Assembly (NCBI RefSeq): GCF_003334765.1
Contig: NZ_QOWT01000023.1
Length of the DNA stretch: 64,000 nucleotides
Strand: one strand, 5' to 3'
Source of the DNA: Escherichia coli
Lineage (GTDB): Bacteria > Pseudomonadota > Gammaproteobacteria > Enterobacterales > Enterobacteriaceae
The notes under the pieces were generated by a model that did not search any database, was not told the DNA's origin, and saw nothing but the letters and a program-made list of their open reading frames with translations. Numbering within the stretch: the first letter of the stretch is position 1; every line of letters begins with the position of its first letter. Positions 9,749 through 20,881 of the stretch are shown here, piece after piece. Position numbers and translations under genes: made by a program.

Positions 9749-10861
9749 ATGACCGCCTTAAATAAAAAATGGCTATCGGGTCTGGTTGCGGGTGCTCTGA
9801 TGGCCGTCTCTGTCGGCACGCTCGCGGCTGAACAAAAAACACTCCACATTTATAACTGGTCTGATTATATCGCCCCGGACACGGTGGCCAATTTTGAAAA
9901 AGAAACCGGTATTAAAGTCGTCTACGATGTTTTCGACTCTAACGAAGTACTGGAAGGCAAATTAATGGCCGGGAGTACCGGCTTTGATCTGGTGGTTCCA
10001 TCTGCCAGCTTTCTGGAGCGCCAGTTGACTGCGGGAGTTTTCCAGCCGCTGGACAAAAGCAAATTGCCGGAGTGGAAGAATCTCGACCCGGAACTGCTGA
10101 AGCTGGTCGCCAAACACGATCCCGACAATAAATTTGCTATGCCCTATATGTGGGCGACGACCGGGATTGGCTATAACGTTGATAAAGTTAAAGCGGTGCT
10201 GGGCGAAAACGCGCCCGTCGATAGCTGGGACTTGATCCTCAAACCTGAAAATCTGGAAAAACTGAAAAGCTGCGGTGTCTCTTTCCTGGATGCGCCAGAA
10301 GAAGTTTTTGCTACCGTGTTGAATTATCTCGGCAAAGATCCCAACAGCACTAAAGCGGATGATTACACCGGACCGGCAACAGATCTGCTGTTAAAGCTGC
10401 GCCCGAACATTCGTTATTTCCATTCATCTCAATACATTAACGACCTGGCAAACGGCGATATTTGCGTCGCTATCGGCTGGGCAGGTGATGTCTGGCAGGC
10501 GTCAAACCGCGCGAAGGAAGCGAAGAATGGCGTGAATGTCTCGTTCTCGATTCCAAAAGAAGGGGCGATGGCGTTCTTTGATGTATTCGCCATGCCTGCG
10601 GATGCCAAAAACAAAGACGAAGCCTATCAGTTCCTGAATTACCTGCTGCGCCCGGATGTAGTAGCGCATATTTCCGACCATGTGTTCTATGCCAACGCCA
10701 ATAAAGCAGCCACGCCGCTGGTGAGTGCGGAAGTCCGTGAGAACCCAGGTATTTATCCGCCTGCGGATGTTCGTGCGAAGCTGTTCACTCTGAAAGTGCA
10801 GGATCCGAAAATCGACCGTGTGCGCACCCGCGCGTGGACCAAAGTGAAGAGCGGAAAATAA
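9749..10861 (+). CDS. potF: Putrescine ABC transporter periplasmic binding protein PotF
   Basis: 370 aa from MTALNKKWLSGLVAGALMAVSVGTLAAEQ (signal peptide); the track ORF begins at an upstream TTG. Confidence 0.95.
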   Translation: MTALNKKWLSGLVAGALMAVSVGTLAAEQKTLHIYNWSDYIAPDTVANFEKETGIKVVYDVFDSNEVLEGKLMAGSTGFDLVVPSASFLERQLTAGVFQPLDKSKLPEWKNLDPELLKLVAKHDPDNKFAMPYMWATTGIGYNVDKVKAVLGENAPVDSWDLILKPENLEKLKSCGVSFLDAPEEVFATVLNYLGKDPNSTKADDYTGPATDLLLKLRPNIRYFHSSQYINDLANGDICVAIGWAGDVWQASNRAKEAKNGVNVSFSIPKEGAMAFFDVFAMPADAKNKDEAYQFLNYLLRPDVVAHISDHVFYANANKAATPLVSAEVRENPGIYPPADVRAKLFTLKVQDPKIDRVRTRAWTKVKSGK

Positions 10862-10955
10862 TCCGCAGTCGTAGATGCCGGAGGGGCGCACCACACCCGC
10901 CGGCAATTCGCACCATTATGGTGCGCTTGCACACATTCAATGCCGGAGAGCAGCC

Positions 10956-12089
10956 GTGAATGACGCTATCCCTCGCCCGCAGGCGAAAACCCGTAAGGCG
11001 CTGACGCCGCTATTAGAAATCCGCAACCTGACCAAATCCTACGATGGTCAACATGCGGTGGATGATGTCAGCCTGACCATCTACAAAGGTGAAATCTTCG
11101 CGCTGCTGGGCGCATCCGGCTGTGGCAAGTCCACGCTGCTGCGTATGCTGGCAGGTTTCGAACAACCTTCTGCCGGACAGATAATGCTTGATGGCGTCGA
11201 TTTGTCACAGGTTCCGCCTTACCTGCGCCCCATCAATATGATGTTTCAGTCTTACGCGCTGTTTCCGCATATGACCGTGGAACAGAACATCGCTTTTGGC
11301 CTGAAACAGGACAAACTACCGAAAGCGGAAATTGCCAGCCGGGTCAATGAGATGCTCGGCCTGGTGCATATGCAGGAGTTCGCCAAACGCAAACCGCATC
11401 AGCTTTCCGGTGGTCAGCGACAACGTGTGGCCCTGGCCCGAAGCCTTGCGAAGCGCCCGAAACTATTACTGCTCGATGAGCCGATGGGCGCGCTGGATAA
11501 AAAGCTGCGTGACCGGATGCAGCTTGAAGTGGTGGATATTCTGGAGCGCGTCGGTGTGACTTGTGTGATGGTCACCCACGATCAGGAAGAGGCGATGACC
11601 ATGGCGGGGCGCATCGCCATTATGAATCGTGGGAAATTTGTCCAGATTGGCGAACCGGAAGAGATCTACGAGCATCCGACTACCCGCTATAGCGCCGAAT
11701 TTATTGGCTCGGTAAACGTCTTTGAAGGCGTACTCAAAGAGCGTCAGGAAGATGGCCTGGTGCTTGATTCGCCGGGGCTGGTGCATCCACTGAAAGTCGA
11801 CGCGGATGCCTCGGTGGTCGATAACGTGCCGGTACATGTGGCGCTGCGCCCGGAAAAAATCATGCTTTGCGAAGAGCCGCCCGCCAATGGTTGTAACTTC
11901 GCGGTGGGGGAGGTGATACACATTGCCTATCTCGGCGATCTTTCGGTGTATCACGTTCGTCTGAAAAGTGGGCAGATGATTAGCGCCCAGCTACAAAACG
12001 CCCATCGTCATCGTAAAGGGTTACCGACCTGGGGCGACGAAGTGCGTTTGTGCTGGGAAGTGGACAGCTGTGTGGTGCTGACGGTTTAA
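10956..12089 (+). CDS. potG: Putrescine ABC transporter ATPase PotG
   Basis: Walker A GASGCGKST, signature LSGGQRQR, Walker B LLLLDEP; start placed at the GTG giving a 377-aa product (VNDAIPRPQ...). Confidence 0.9.
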   Translation: MNDAIPRPQAKTRKALTPLLEIRNLTKSYDGQHAVDDVSLTIYKGEIFALLGASGCGKSTLLRMLAGFEQPSAGQIMLDGVDLSQVPPYLRPINMMFQSYALFPHMTVEQNIAFGLKQDKLPKAEIASRVNEMLGLVHMQEFAKRKPHQLSGGQRQRVALARSLAKRPKLLLLDEPMGALDKKLRDRMQLEVVDILERVGVTCVMVTHDQEEAMTMAGRIAIMNRGKFVQIGEPEEIYEHPTTRYSAEFIGSVNVFEGVLKERQEDGLVLDSPGLVHPLKVDADASVVDNVPVHVALRPEKIMLCEEPPANGCNFAVGEVIHIAYLGDLSVYHVRLKSGQMISAQLQNAHRHRKGLPTWGDEVRLCWEVDSCVVLTV

Positions 12090-12098
12090 GGAGCAAAG

Positions 12099-13052
12099 AT
12101 GAGTACACTTGAACCTGCTGCCCAGTCGAAACCGCCGGGCGGATTTAAGCTGTGGTTGTCGCAGCTGCAAATGAAGCATGGGCGCAAACTGGTCATTGCG
12201 TTGCCATATATCTGGTTGATCTTGCTGTTTCTGCTGCCATTTCTGATTGTCTTTAAAATAAGCCTGGCGGAGATGGCGCGCGCTATTCCACCTTATACCG
12301 AACTGATGGAGTGGGCTGACGGGCAACTGTCCATCACTCTTAATCTCGGTAATTTTCTGCAACTGACCGACGATCCGCTCTATTTCGATGCTTATCTCCA
12401 GTCGCTACAGGTGGCTGCGATTTCGACATTTTGCTGTTTACTGATCGGCTATCCGCTGGCGTGGGCGGTGGCGCACAGTAAGCCTTCGACCCGTAATATT
12501 TTATTACTACTGGTGATCCTGCCGTCGTGGACCTCGTTTCTGATCCGCGTTTATGCCTGGATGGGAATATTAAAAAACAACGGTGTGCTGAATAATTTTC
12601 TGCTGTGGCTGGGGGTTATCGATCAACCGCTGACCATTCTGCATACCAATCTGGCCGTTTATATCGGCATTGTTTACGCTTACGTGCCGTTTATGGTACT
12701 GCCGATTTATACCGCGTTGATTCGTATTGATTATTCGCTGGTGGAAGCAGCGCTGGATCTCGGTGCACGACCGCTGAAAACGTTCTTTACTGTGATCGTG
12801 CCGCTGACTAAAGGTGGGATTATTGCCGGATCGATGCTGGTGTTTATCCCGGCTGTGGGCGAGTTTGTGATCCCGGAACTGCTCGGTGGCCCGGACAGCA
12901 TCATGATCGGGCGCGTGCTATGGCAAGAGTTTTTCAATAACCGCGACTGGCCGGTGGCCTCGGCGGTAGCGATCATCATGTTGCTGCTGCTAATTGTGCC
13001 GATAATGTGGTTCCACAAACACCAGCAAAAAAGCGTGGGAGAACACGGATGA
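12099..13052 (+). CDS. potH: Putrescine ABC transporter permease PotH
   Basis: 317-aa multi-pass membrane ORF following potG. Confidence 0.9.
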   Translation: MSTLEPAAQSKPPGGFKLWLSQLQMKHGRKLVIALPYIWLILLFLLPFLIVFKISLAEMARAIPPYTELMEWADGQLSITLNLGNFLQLTDDPLYFDAYLQSLQVAAISTFCCLLIGYPLAWAVAHSKPSTRNILLLLVILPSWTSFLIRVYAWMGILKNNGVLNNFLLWLGVIDQPLTILHTNLAVYIGIVYAYVPFMVLPIYTALIRIDYSLVEAALDLGARPLKTFFTVIVPLTKGGIIAGSMLVFIPAVGEFVIPELLGGPDSIMIGRVLWQEFFNNRDWPVASAVAIIMLLLLIVPIMWFHKHQQKSVGEHG

Positions 13053-13894
13053 ATAATTTACCGGTAGTTCGTTCGCCCTGGCGGATTGTGATTTTGCTGC
13101 TGGGCTTTACCTTTCTCTACGCGCCAATGCTGATGCTGGTTATCTATTCGTTTAACAGCTCGAAGCTGGTGACGGTGTGGGCCGGCTGGTCAACGCGCTG
13201 GTATGGTGAGTTATTGCGCGATGACGCGATGATGAGTGCGGTTGGTTTAAGTCTGACAATTGCGGCCTGTGCGGCGACGGCGGCGGCGATCCTCGGAACT
13301 ATTGCGGCGGTGGTGCTGGTGCGCTTTGGCAGGTTTCGCGGATCAAATGGCTTTGCCTTTATGATCACCGCGCCGCTGGTAATGCCAGATGTCATCACGG
13401 GCTTGTCGCTGTTGTTATTATTCGTCGCGCTTGCTCATGCCATTGGCTGGCCTGCGGACCGCGGTATGCTCACCATCTGGCTGGCGCATGTCACTTTTTG
13501 TACGGCTTATGTGGCGGTCGTTATTTCTTCAAGATTGCGGGAACTGGATCGCTCGATAGAAGAAGCAGCGATGGATCTCGGTGCGACGCCGCTGAAAGTG
13601 TTTTTCGTCATTACGCTACCGATGATCATGCCCGCGATCATTTCTGGCTGGTTACTGGCTTTTACTTTGTCGCTTGATGATCTGGTGATCGCCAGCTTTG
13701 TTTCCGGGCCGGGAGCCACCACGTTACCGATGCTGGTCTTTTCCAGCGTGCGGATGGGGGTGAATCCGGAAATCAACGCCCTGGCAACATTGATCCTCGG
13801 CGCGGTCGGAATTGTCGGATTTATCGCCTGGTATCTGATGGCTCGCGCAGAAAAACAGCGGATACGCGACATCCAGCGTGCAAGACGTGGCTGA
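13049..13894 (+). CDS. potI: Putrescine ABC transporter permease PotI
   Basis: 281 aa from MNNLPVVRSPWRIVILLLGF...; 4-bp overlap with potH. Confidence 0.9.
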   Translation: MNNLPVVRSPWRIVILLLGFTFLYAPMLMLVIYSFNSSKLVTVWAGWSTRWYGELLRDDAMMSAVGLSLTIAACAATAAAILGTIAAVVLVRFGRFRGSNGFAFMITAPLVMPDVITGLSLLLLFVALAHAIGWPADRGMLTIWLAHVTFCTAYVAVVISSRLRELDRSIEEAAMDLGATPLKVFFVITLPMIMPAIISGWLLAFTLSLDDLVIASFVSGPGATTLPMLVFSSVRMGVNPEINALATLILGAVGIVGFIAWYLMARAEKQRIRDIQRARRG

Positions 13895-13953
13895 AGACAC
13901 TAAAATTTGCCAACCTGGCTACATAATGCCGCGCATGTCGCGGCATTGTTTTC

Positions 13954-14442
13954 ATGGAAGACGAAACGTTGGGATTTTTTAAGAAAACATCTTCATCTCA
14001 TGCTCGCCTGAATGTGCCTGCGCTGGTGCAGGTGGCGGCGCTCGCCATTATTATGATCCGTGGCCTCGACGTGCTGATGATTTTCAATACGCTGGGCGTG
14101 CGCGGTATTGGCGAGTTCATTCATCGCAGCGTACAAACCTGGAGTTTAACGCTGGTCTTTTTAAGCAGTCTGGTGCTGGTTTTCATTGAGATCTGGTGTG
14201 CGTTTTCACTGGTGAAAGGGCGTCGCTGGGCGCGCTGGCTATATCTGCTGACACAAATCACCGCCGCAAGTTACTTGTGGGCGGCTTCGCTGGGGTACGG
14301 TTATCCGGAGCTGTTCAGCATTCCCGGTGAATCAAAACGTGAAATCTTCCATAGCCTGATGCTGCAGAAGCTGCCGGATATGCTCATCCTGATGCTGCTG
14401 TTCGTTCCCTCGACCAGTCGGCGGTTCTTCCAGTTGCAATAA
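13954..14442 (+). CDS. ybjO: Inner membrane protein YbjO
   Basis: 162-aa hydrophobic ORF between potI and rlmC, as in K-12. Confidence 0.8.
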   Translation: MEDETLGFFKKTSSSHARLNVPALVQVAALAIIMIRGLDVLMIFNTLGVRGIGEFIHRSVQTWSLTLVFLSSLVLVFIEIWCAFSLVKGRRWARWLYLLTQITAASYLWAASLGYGYPELFSIPGESKREIFHSLMLQKLPDMLILMLLFVPSTSRRFFQLQ

Positions 14443-14482
14443 TGTGTATAATCGTCGCCCCTGATGATGTGAAGGTCAATGT

Positions 14483-15610
14483 ATGCAGTGCGCACTTTAC
14501 GACGCGGGTCGCTGTCGTTCCTGTCAGTGGATAATGCAGCCGATTCCAGAGCAACTCTCCGCTAAAACCGCCGATCTTAAAAATCTGCTCGCCGACTTTC
14601 CGGTTGAGGAATGGTGCGCGCCGGTGTCAGGCCCGGAACAAGGGTTTCGTAATAAAGCCAAAATGGTGGTGAGTGGTAGCGTTGAAAAACCACTGCTCGG
14701 TATGCTGCATCGCGATGGCACACCAGAAGACCTTTGTGACTGCCCGCTTTATCCTGCCTCATTTGCGCCCGTTTTTGCGGCGCTAAAACCGTTTATCGCC
14801 CGAGCGGGGTTAACGCCCTACAACGTGGCGCGTAAGCGTGGCGAACTGAAATACATTCTGCTGACTGAAAGCCAGAGTGATGGAGGCATGATGCTGCGCT
14901 TTGTACTGCGTTCTGATACCAAGCTGGCGCAACTGCGTAAGGCGCTGCCGTGGTTACACGAACAACTACCGCAGCTGAAAGTTATTACCGTCAATATTCA
15001 GCCGGTACATATGGCGATTATGGAAGGGGAGACGGAGATCTACCTGACCGAACAACAGGCACTGGCGGAGCGTTTTAATGACGTACCGCTGTGGATCCGT
15101 CCGCAAAGTTTCTTCCAGACTAATCCGGCGGTCGCCAGCCAGTTGTACGCCACCGCGCGCGACTGGGTACGACAGCTGCCGGTTAAACATATGTGGGATC
15201 TGTTCTGCGGTGTGGGGGGCTTTGGTTTACACTGCGCGACGCCTGACATGCAGTTAACCGGGATCGAAATTGCATCAGAGGCCATTGCCTGTGCAAAGCA
15301 GTCAGCCGCTGAACTGGGCTTAACGCGTTTGCAATTTCAGGCGCTGGACTCCACTCAGTTTGCCACCGCTCAGGGGGATGTGCCGGAGCTGGTGCTGGTT
15401 AACCCGCCGCGCCGCGGCATTGGTAAACCGCTGTGTGATTATCTCTCAACGATGGCACCGCGTTTTATCATCTACTCCAGCTGTAACGCCCAAACTATGG
15501 CGAAAGATATCCGCGAACTGCCTGGGTTTCGTATTGAACGGGTGCAGCTTTTCGATATGTTCCCGCATACCGCGCACTATGAAGTGCTGACGCTGCTGGT
15601 GAAGCAATAA
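14483..15610 (+). CDS. rlmC: 23S rRNA (uracil747-C5)-methyltransferase RlmC (RumB)
   Basis: 375-aa ORF with an N-terminal Cys cluster ([16 protein letters not shown]) and a SAM-MTase fold region. Confidence 0.9.
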
Positions 15611-15660
15611 AAAAGCCGCATGTGCGGCTTCAGATTGCTGACAAAGTGCGCGTTGTTTAT

Positions 15661-15758
<98 letters not shown>

Positions 15759-15808
15759 AATTTTACCTTTGTCATCAGTCTCAAGCCGCGGTTGCGGCTT
15801 TCTGAATC

Positions 15809-16540
15809 TTACTGTGGGAACCACTGGTCACTGATTTTTTGATAAGTACCGTCAGCTTTAATTGCTGCCAGCGCGTTATTCAGTTTTTCCAGCAGGGCTT
15901 TGTTATCCGGACGTACAGCGATGCCCAGGCCGGTGCCAAAATATTGCGGATCGGTCACTTTCTCAGTAGCAACACCAAGTTGTGGATTGGTTTTCAGCCA
16001 TTCGTTTACCACCGCTGTGTCACCAAATACCCCATCAATACGACCATTTTTCAGATCGATAAAGGCATTCTGATAACTGTCATAAGAGACAGTTTTCACT
16101 TCCGGGTGCTGATCCTGAATATATTTCTGGTGCGTAGTACCGTTTTCCATCCCAATACGTTTGCCTTTCAGATCGGCAAACGTTTTGTAGGTATCTTTTT
16201 TGGCAATCACGACGGCTGAGTTTTCATAGTAGGGCGTGGTAAACGATACCTGTTTGCTACGCTCCGGGGTGATATCCATACCGGAGATTACGGCGTCATA
16301 TTTTCTGAATTTCAGGGACGGGATCAGGCTGTCGAACGCGTGATTAGTAAAAGTACATTCTGCCTGCATTTGTTTGCACAAGGCTTTTGCCAGATCGATA
16401 TCAAAGCCGACAATCTCATTATTAGCACCTATAGATTCAAAGGGTGGATAGGTGGCTGAAACGCCAAAATTGATTTTCTCTGCGGCAGAAGCACCGAAAG
16501 TAAAGGAAGCAAGTAAAGCGGCAAGAACTAACTTTTTCAT
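15809..16540 (-). CDS. artJ: Arginine ABC transporter periplasmic binding protein ArtJ
   Basis: 243 aa from MKKLVLAALLASFTFGASAAEKINFGVS...; recognised as ArtJ. Confidence 0.9.
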   Translation of the reverse strand: MKKLVLAALLASFTFGASAAEKINFGVSATYPPFESIGANNEIVGFDIDLAKALCKQMQAECTFTNHAFDSLIPSLKFRKYDAVISGMDITPERSKQVSFTTPYYENSAVVIAKKDTYKTFADLKGKRIGMENGTTHQKYIQDQHPEVKTVSYDSYQNAFIDLKNGRIDGVFGDTAVVNEWLKTNPQLGVATEKVTDPQYFGTGLGIAVRPDNKALLEKLNNALAAIKADGTYQKISDQWFPQ

Positions 16541-16654
16541 GATGGAACTCCCGTCTGTCAATCTTATGATTTTTGGCCGTGTCTGCGGCATGGGATAACA
16601 ATGCCATCAAGTGAATTTATATGCAATAAACATGATTAAATAATTTAAATGAAA

Positions 16655-16690
16655 TAAAAAAGACGGACAACTTAGTGGGTTGTCCGTCTT
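16655..16690 (-). terminator. Rho-independent terminator downstream of artM (art operon end)
   Basis: Minus strand: hairpin AGACGGACAA...TTGTCCGTCT followed by a T-run. Confidence 0.5.
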
Positions 16691-16713
16691 CATTATAAGA
16701 ATTTATGCACTAT

Positions 16714-16800
16714 GTAGGCCGGATAAGGCGTCCCCGCCGCATCCGGCACAGGCACCGTGCTGATGTCTGATGCGACGCTGGCGCGTCTTATCAGACCTAC
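16714..16800. repeat. REP/BIME palindromic units
   Basis: GTAGGCCGGATAAGGCGTCCCCGCCGCATCCGGCAC and GTCTGATGCGACGCTGGCGCGTCTTATCAGACCTAC. Confidence 0.7.
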
Positions 16801-16830
16801 AAAACCCCCCGGCGAATGTACGCAGCCACA

Positions 16831-17499
16831 TTAATTTCGCCGTTCGAATGCCAGCGCTTTGCGCTCGATCAGACGCATCATCAGCGTCAGCAGGCCGTTA
16901 ACGACCAGGTAAATAATCCCTGCCGCACCGAACACCATTACATCGTAGGTGCGTCCGTACAACAACTGGCTGTATCCCATCACTTCCATCAGCGTAATGG
17001 TGTATGCCAGAGAGGTACTTTTGAATACCAGCACCACTTCGTTGGAATAAGAAGAGAGCGAGCGTTTAAAGGCATACGGCAGCAGGATCGCCAGCGTATC
17101 TTTTTTGCTCATTCCCAGGGCGCTACAGGACTGCCACTGACCTTCCGGGATCGCACGAATTGCACCGTAAAACAGCTGCGTGGTATACGCCGCACTATTC
17201 AGCGACAACGCAATCAGCGCACATAACCACGGTTCTGACAACAAATGCCACAGTGCCGGATACTCCTGCAAAGTCGGAAACTGGCCCGGCCCGTAATAAA
17301 TCAGGAAGATCTGCACCAGCAGCGGCGTACCGGTAAACAGCGTGATATAACCCCGCACCAGCCACACCAGCACCGGCGTTTTCAGCGTCAGGATGATGGT
17401 AAAAATCAATGCCAGAATCAGTGCCACAATCAGCGAGGCAACGGTTAGCGTCAGGCTGGTGTGTAGCCCTTTCATCAGTTCGGGTAAATACTCAAACAT
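16831..17499 (-). CDS. artM: Arginine ABC transporter permease ArtM
   Basis: 222-aa membrane ORF in the artPIQM order. Confidence 0.9.
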   Translation of the reverse strand: MFEYLPELMKGLHTSLTLTVASLIVALILALIFTIILTLKTPVLVWLVRGYITLFTGTPLLVQIFLIYYGPGQFPTLQEYPALWHLLSEPWLCALIALSLNSAAYTTQLFYGAIRAIPEGQWQSCSALGMSKKDTLAILLPYAFKRSLSSYSNEVVLVFKSTSLAYTITLMEVMGYSQLLYGRTYDVMVFGAAGIIYLVVNGLLTLMMRLIERKALAFERRN

Positions 17500-18215
17500 T
17501 AGCTGGGCCTCCGCTCAAAACGTGTCGCGCGCAGGTCAATGCGTTTGAGAATGTACTGACTGAGCAGGGTGATCACCAGGTAAATCGCCGCCGCCACAAT
17601 GTACCAGGTAAATGGTTCCTGGGTACGAGTAGCGATGCTTTTTGTTTGCAGCATTAAATCATTCACACTAATCAAACTGACCAGCGCGGTATCTTTCAGC
17701 AGCACCAGCCACTGGTTACCGAGGCCAGGCAGCGCATGACGCCACATCTGCGGCATCACCAGACGGAAAAAGATAGCCGATTTCGACAGCCCCAGCGCCT
17801 GACCAGACTCCCACTGACCCACCGGCACCGCTTTCAACGCGCCCCGAAGCGTTTGCGAGGCATAGGCGGCATACAGCAGTGACAGAGCGATGACACCACA
17901 AAGGAACGGGCTAACGTCGAAGTTCTCAATGTCCATCTGCACTGGGATCTGCACGAACCCAAGATTGATAGTGAAGCCATCCGAAAGCGTCAGCAGCAGC
18001 TGCGAGGAGCCAAAATAGATAAACAGCACCACCAGAATTTCTGGCAGGCCACGCAGAATGGTTACCAGCGCTGAACCTGCCCACGCGACAGGACGCCATT
18101 TTGCCGACTCCCATACCGCAAAGAACATCGCCAGCGCCAGCCCGACAATCAATGCACAAACGGCAAGGCCGACGGTCATCCCGGCGGCGCTTGCTAAAGG
18201 AAAAAATTCATTCAT
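17499..18215 (-). CDS. artQ: Arginine ABC transporter permease ArtQ
   Basis: 238-aa membrane ORF. Confidence 0.9.
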
Positions 18216-18221
18216 CAGGAA

Positions 18222-18953
18222 TTACTTCTGGAACCATTTGTTGTAGATGGTTTCGTAAGTGCCATCTTTCTTCACTTTTTCCAGCGCAGTGTTGAGTTTC
18301 TGCTGCAGCTCAGTGTTGCCCTGACGTACCGCGATGCCGAGGCCAGTGCCGAAGTAATCTTTATCGGTCACTTTGTCGCCCACCGCCGCCAGTTTCGGGT
18401 TATCTTTCAGCCACTCAGTGACCACTGCGGTGTCACCGAAGACGCCGTCGATACGCCCGTTTTGCAGATCCAGTTTTGCGTTCTGGTAGCTGTCATACGG
18501 AACGGTAGTGATTTCCGGGTGCTTATCCATAATGAATTTCTGGTGTGTCGTCCCGTTCTGTACGCCGACTTTTTTGCCTTTCAGCTGATCAACACTGGTG
18601 TATTTGCCTTGCTGACCCACAAACAGGGCAGAGTTGTCATAGTACGGGGTGGTAAACAGCACCTGCTTTTCACGCTCCGGAGTGATATCCATGCCCGCCA
18701 TCACGGCTTCTACGCGACGGAATTTCAGGCTTGGGATCAGGCTGTCAAACGCCTGGTTAGAGAAAGTGCAGGTTGCATCAATCTCTTTACACAGCGCTTG
18801 TGCCAGGTCGACGTCAAAACCAACGATCTGGTTGTTTGCATCAATCGATTCAAACGGAGGATAGGAGGCTTCGGTAGCAAAACGAATGGTTTCGGCAGCT
18901 GTGGCGGAAAGACTAAAACCTGCAATTAACGCGGCAATCAGAACTTTTTTCAT
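18222..18953 (-). CDS. artI: Arginine ABC transporter periplasmic binding protein ArtI
   Basis: 243-aa ORF, paralogous to ArtJ (MKKVLIAALIAGFSLSATAAETIRFATEASYPPFES). Confidence 0.9.
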   Translation of the reverse strand: MKKVLIAALIAGFSLSATAAETIRFATEASYPPFESIDANNQIVGFDVDLAQALCKEIDATCTFSNQAFDSLIPSLKFRRVEAVMAGMDITPEREKQVLFTTPYYDNSALFVGQQGKYTSVDQLKGKKVGVQNGTTHQKFIMDKHPEITTVPYDSYQNAKLDLQNGRIDGVFGDTAVVTEWLKDNPKLAAVGDKVTDKDYFGTGLGIAVRQGNTELQQKLNTALEKVKKDGTYETIYNKWFQK

Positions 18954-18970
18954 TGTTGTTATCCCGAATC

Positions 18971-19699
18971 TTAGTGAGAGAGATAGTTTTTAAATGCTTC
19001 GGTTTGCGGCTCGGTAAAGCAGCTCGCGTCGCCTTGTTCTACGATATGACCATTTTCCATATACACCACTCGGCTGGCGGTTTTACGCGCCACTTCAACT
19101 TCGTGGGTGACGATCACCTGGGTAATATTCGTTTCTGCCAGCTCACGAATGATGCTGACGATTTGTGCCGTAATTTCCGGGTCCAGTGCGGCGGTCGGTT
19201 CATCGAACAGCAGTACCTGCGGTTCCATCATCAACGCACGGGCAATAGCAACACGCTGCTGCTGACCACCAGAAAGATGCAGCGGGTAACGATCGCTATA
19301 AGGTTTGAGACGCAGACGTTCCAGCAGTTTTTCTGCACGGGCCAGCGCCTGATCTTTACTCAACCCCAGTACACGGCAGGGCGCTTCAATCAGGTTTTGC
19401 TGCACGGTCAGATGCGGCCACAGGTTGTATTGCTGAAACACCATGCCAACGTTACGACGCAAATCGCGAATCGCTTTGTCAGAGGGTGTTTTGGTGAAAT
19501 CGAAATGGTTGCCTGCAATGTTGAGCGTACCGGAGCGCGGCATCTCAAGCAGATTGAGTACACGCAGCAGCGAGCTTTTACCCGCGCCGCTGGGGCCAAG
19601 TAACACCAGCGTTTCGCCCTGTGGGCAATCCAGCGTGATATCGAACAGCGCCTGATGCGCGCCGTAGAAGCAATTAATGCCGTTTAATTGAATACTCAT
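18971..19699 (-). CDS. artP: Arginine ABC transporter ATPase ArtP
   Basis: 242 aa from [23 protein letters not shown]...; Walker [10 protein letters not shown], signature LSGGQQQR. Confidence 0.9.
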
Positions 19700-19916
19700 T
19701 GACACTCGTATACTGGCAGTCTGATAGCTATTGAGGTCGAAGATAGTACCTTTGACAGAATAATTATGCAATATTTCTGCTTTAAAAGTTAAAAGCAAAG
19801 CGCATTATTCAATAAACATAGCACAAAATAACGGGGGCGGTGGTCGGCGAGCATAAATGTCGGCATTCCTCACGAAATGCCGGACAATTTACGGGGTTTA
19901 TTGGTTGATCAAGGCG

Positions 19917-20432
19917 TTAGCGATTCTCGATGGACTGACGGAGCGTACCCGCCGTGGCATGAACGCTACCGCCTAAGTAACGCACATCGTCGATGACCCA
20001 ACACTGGCCTTCCTGAATCATTAACACTTCATCCTGCCAACCCTGGTCACCCTGTTTGAGATCCACGCGCAATGGAATGTTACGGGCATCACGATTAGGG
20101 ATAGTCGATGCACTGGCAACGTGGGCGCTATCTGGCAAGGTGGTTCGACTGGAGAATGGATCGTTGGTCAGTAGTTCCCGATGGTTATTATCCCGGGAGG
20201 CATCGCTAAGCAGTGTCGCCAGTTTGTCGCTCAGATAAGGGCGCAAGGCGGTGATGTCGTTGCTGCGGTGCAAAATGCGGTAGTCATAAAATTGCTGGGC
20301 CACGTTATCCGGGCCTCCTTCAACGCAAGGACCACTGCGTGTGCCGTTATCTTTATAAGCTGGAGTGACTGTGGTGCAGGCACTGAGGAGCAGTGCGCAG
20401 GGGATAAGCATTGTCAATTTGCTGTAGCGCAT
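19917..20432 (-). CDS. ybjP: Putative lipoprotein YbjP
   Basis: 171-aa ORF with a lipoprotein signal (MRYSKLTMLIPCALLLSACTT). Confidence 0.85.
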   Translation of the reverse strand: MRYSKLTMLIPCALLLSACTTVTPAYKDNGTRSGPCVEGGPDNVAQQFYDYRILHRSNDITALRPYLSDKLATLLSDASRDNNHRELLTNDPFSSRTTLPDSAHVASASTIPNRDARNIPLRVDLKQGDQGWQDEVLMIQEGQCWVIDDVRYLGGSVHATAGTLRQSIENR

Positions 20433-20557
20433 AATGATTTCCTTATAAGCGATCGCTCTGAAAGCGTTCTACGATAATAATGATATCCTTTCAATAATAG
20501 CGTATCAGTCTGATAATGCTTTTGAGATCGAAGGCTTAGCAAACAAGGAGATCGATC

Positions 20558-20881
20558 ATGCAATTTTCTACAACCCCAACTCTGGAAGGCCAGACCATCG
20601 TTGAATATTGCGGTGTGGTGACCGGCGAAGCGATTTTAGGTGCCAATATTTTCCGTGATTTCTTTGCCGGTATCCGCGATATCGTTGGCGGACGTTCCGG
20701 TGCGTATGAAAAAGAACTGCGTAAAGCACGGGAGATCGCCTTTGAGGAATTAGGCTCCCAGGCGCGGGCGCTGGGGGCCGATGCCGTCGTCGGTATTGAT
20801 ATCGACTACGAAACGGTCGGGCAAAACGGCAGTATGCTGATGGTTAGCGTCAGCGGTACGGCGGTGAAAACGCGTCGATGA
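20558..20881 (+). CDS. ybjQ: UPF0145 protein YbjQ
   Basis: 107-aa ORF upstream of and overlapping amiD. Confidence 0.85.

Noticed and set aside
15783-15800. Hairpin AAGCCGCGGTTGCGGCTT downstream of artJ as an intrinsic terminator
   Set aside because: No adjacent T-run on the relevant strand; may still act with the neighbouring REP elements but is not supportable as a classical terminator.
16560-16650. ARG-box-like operator upstream of artJ (TGAATTTATATGCAATAA)
   Set aside because: Plausible ArgR site by consensus resemblance, but I could not define a proper pair of 18-bp boxes by eye; not listed as a feature.
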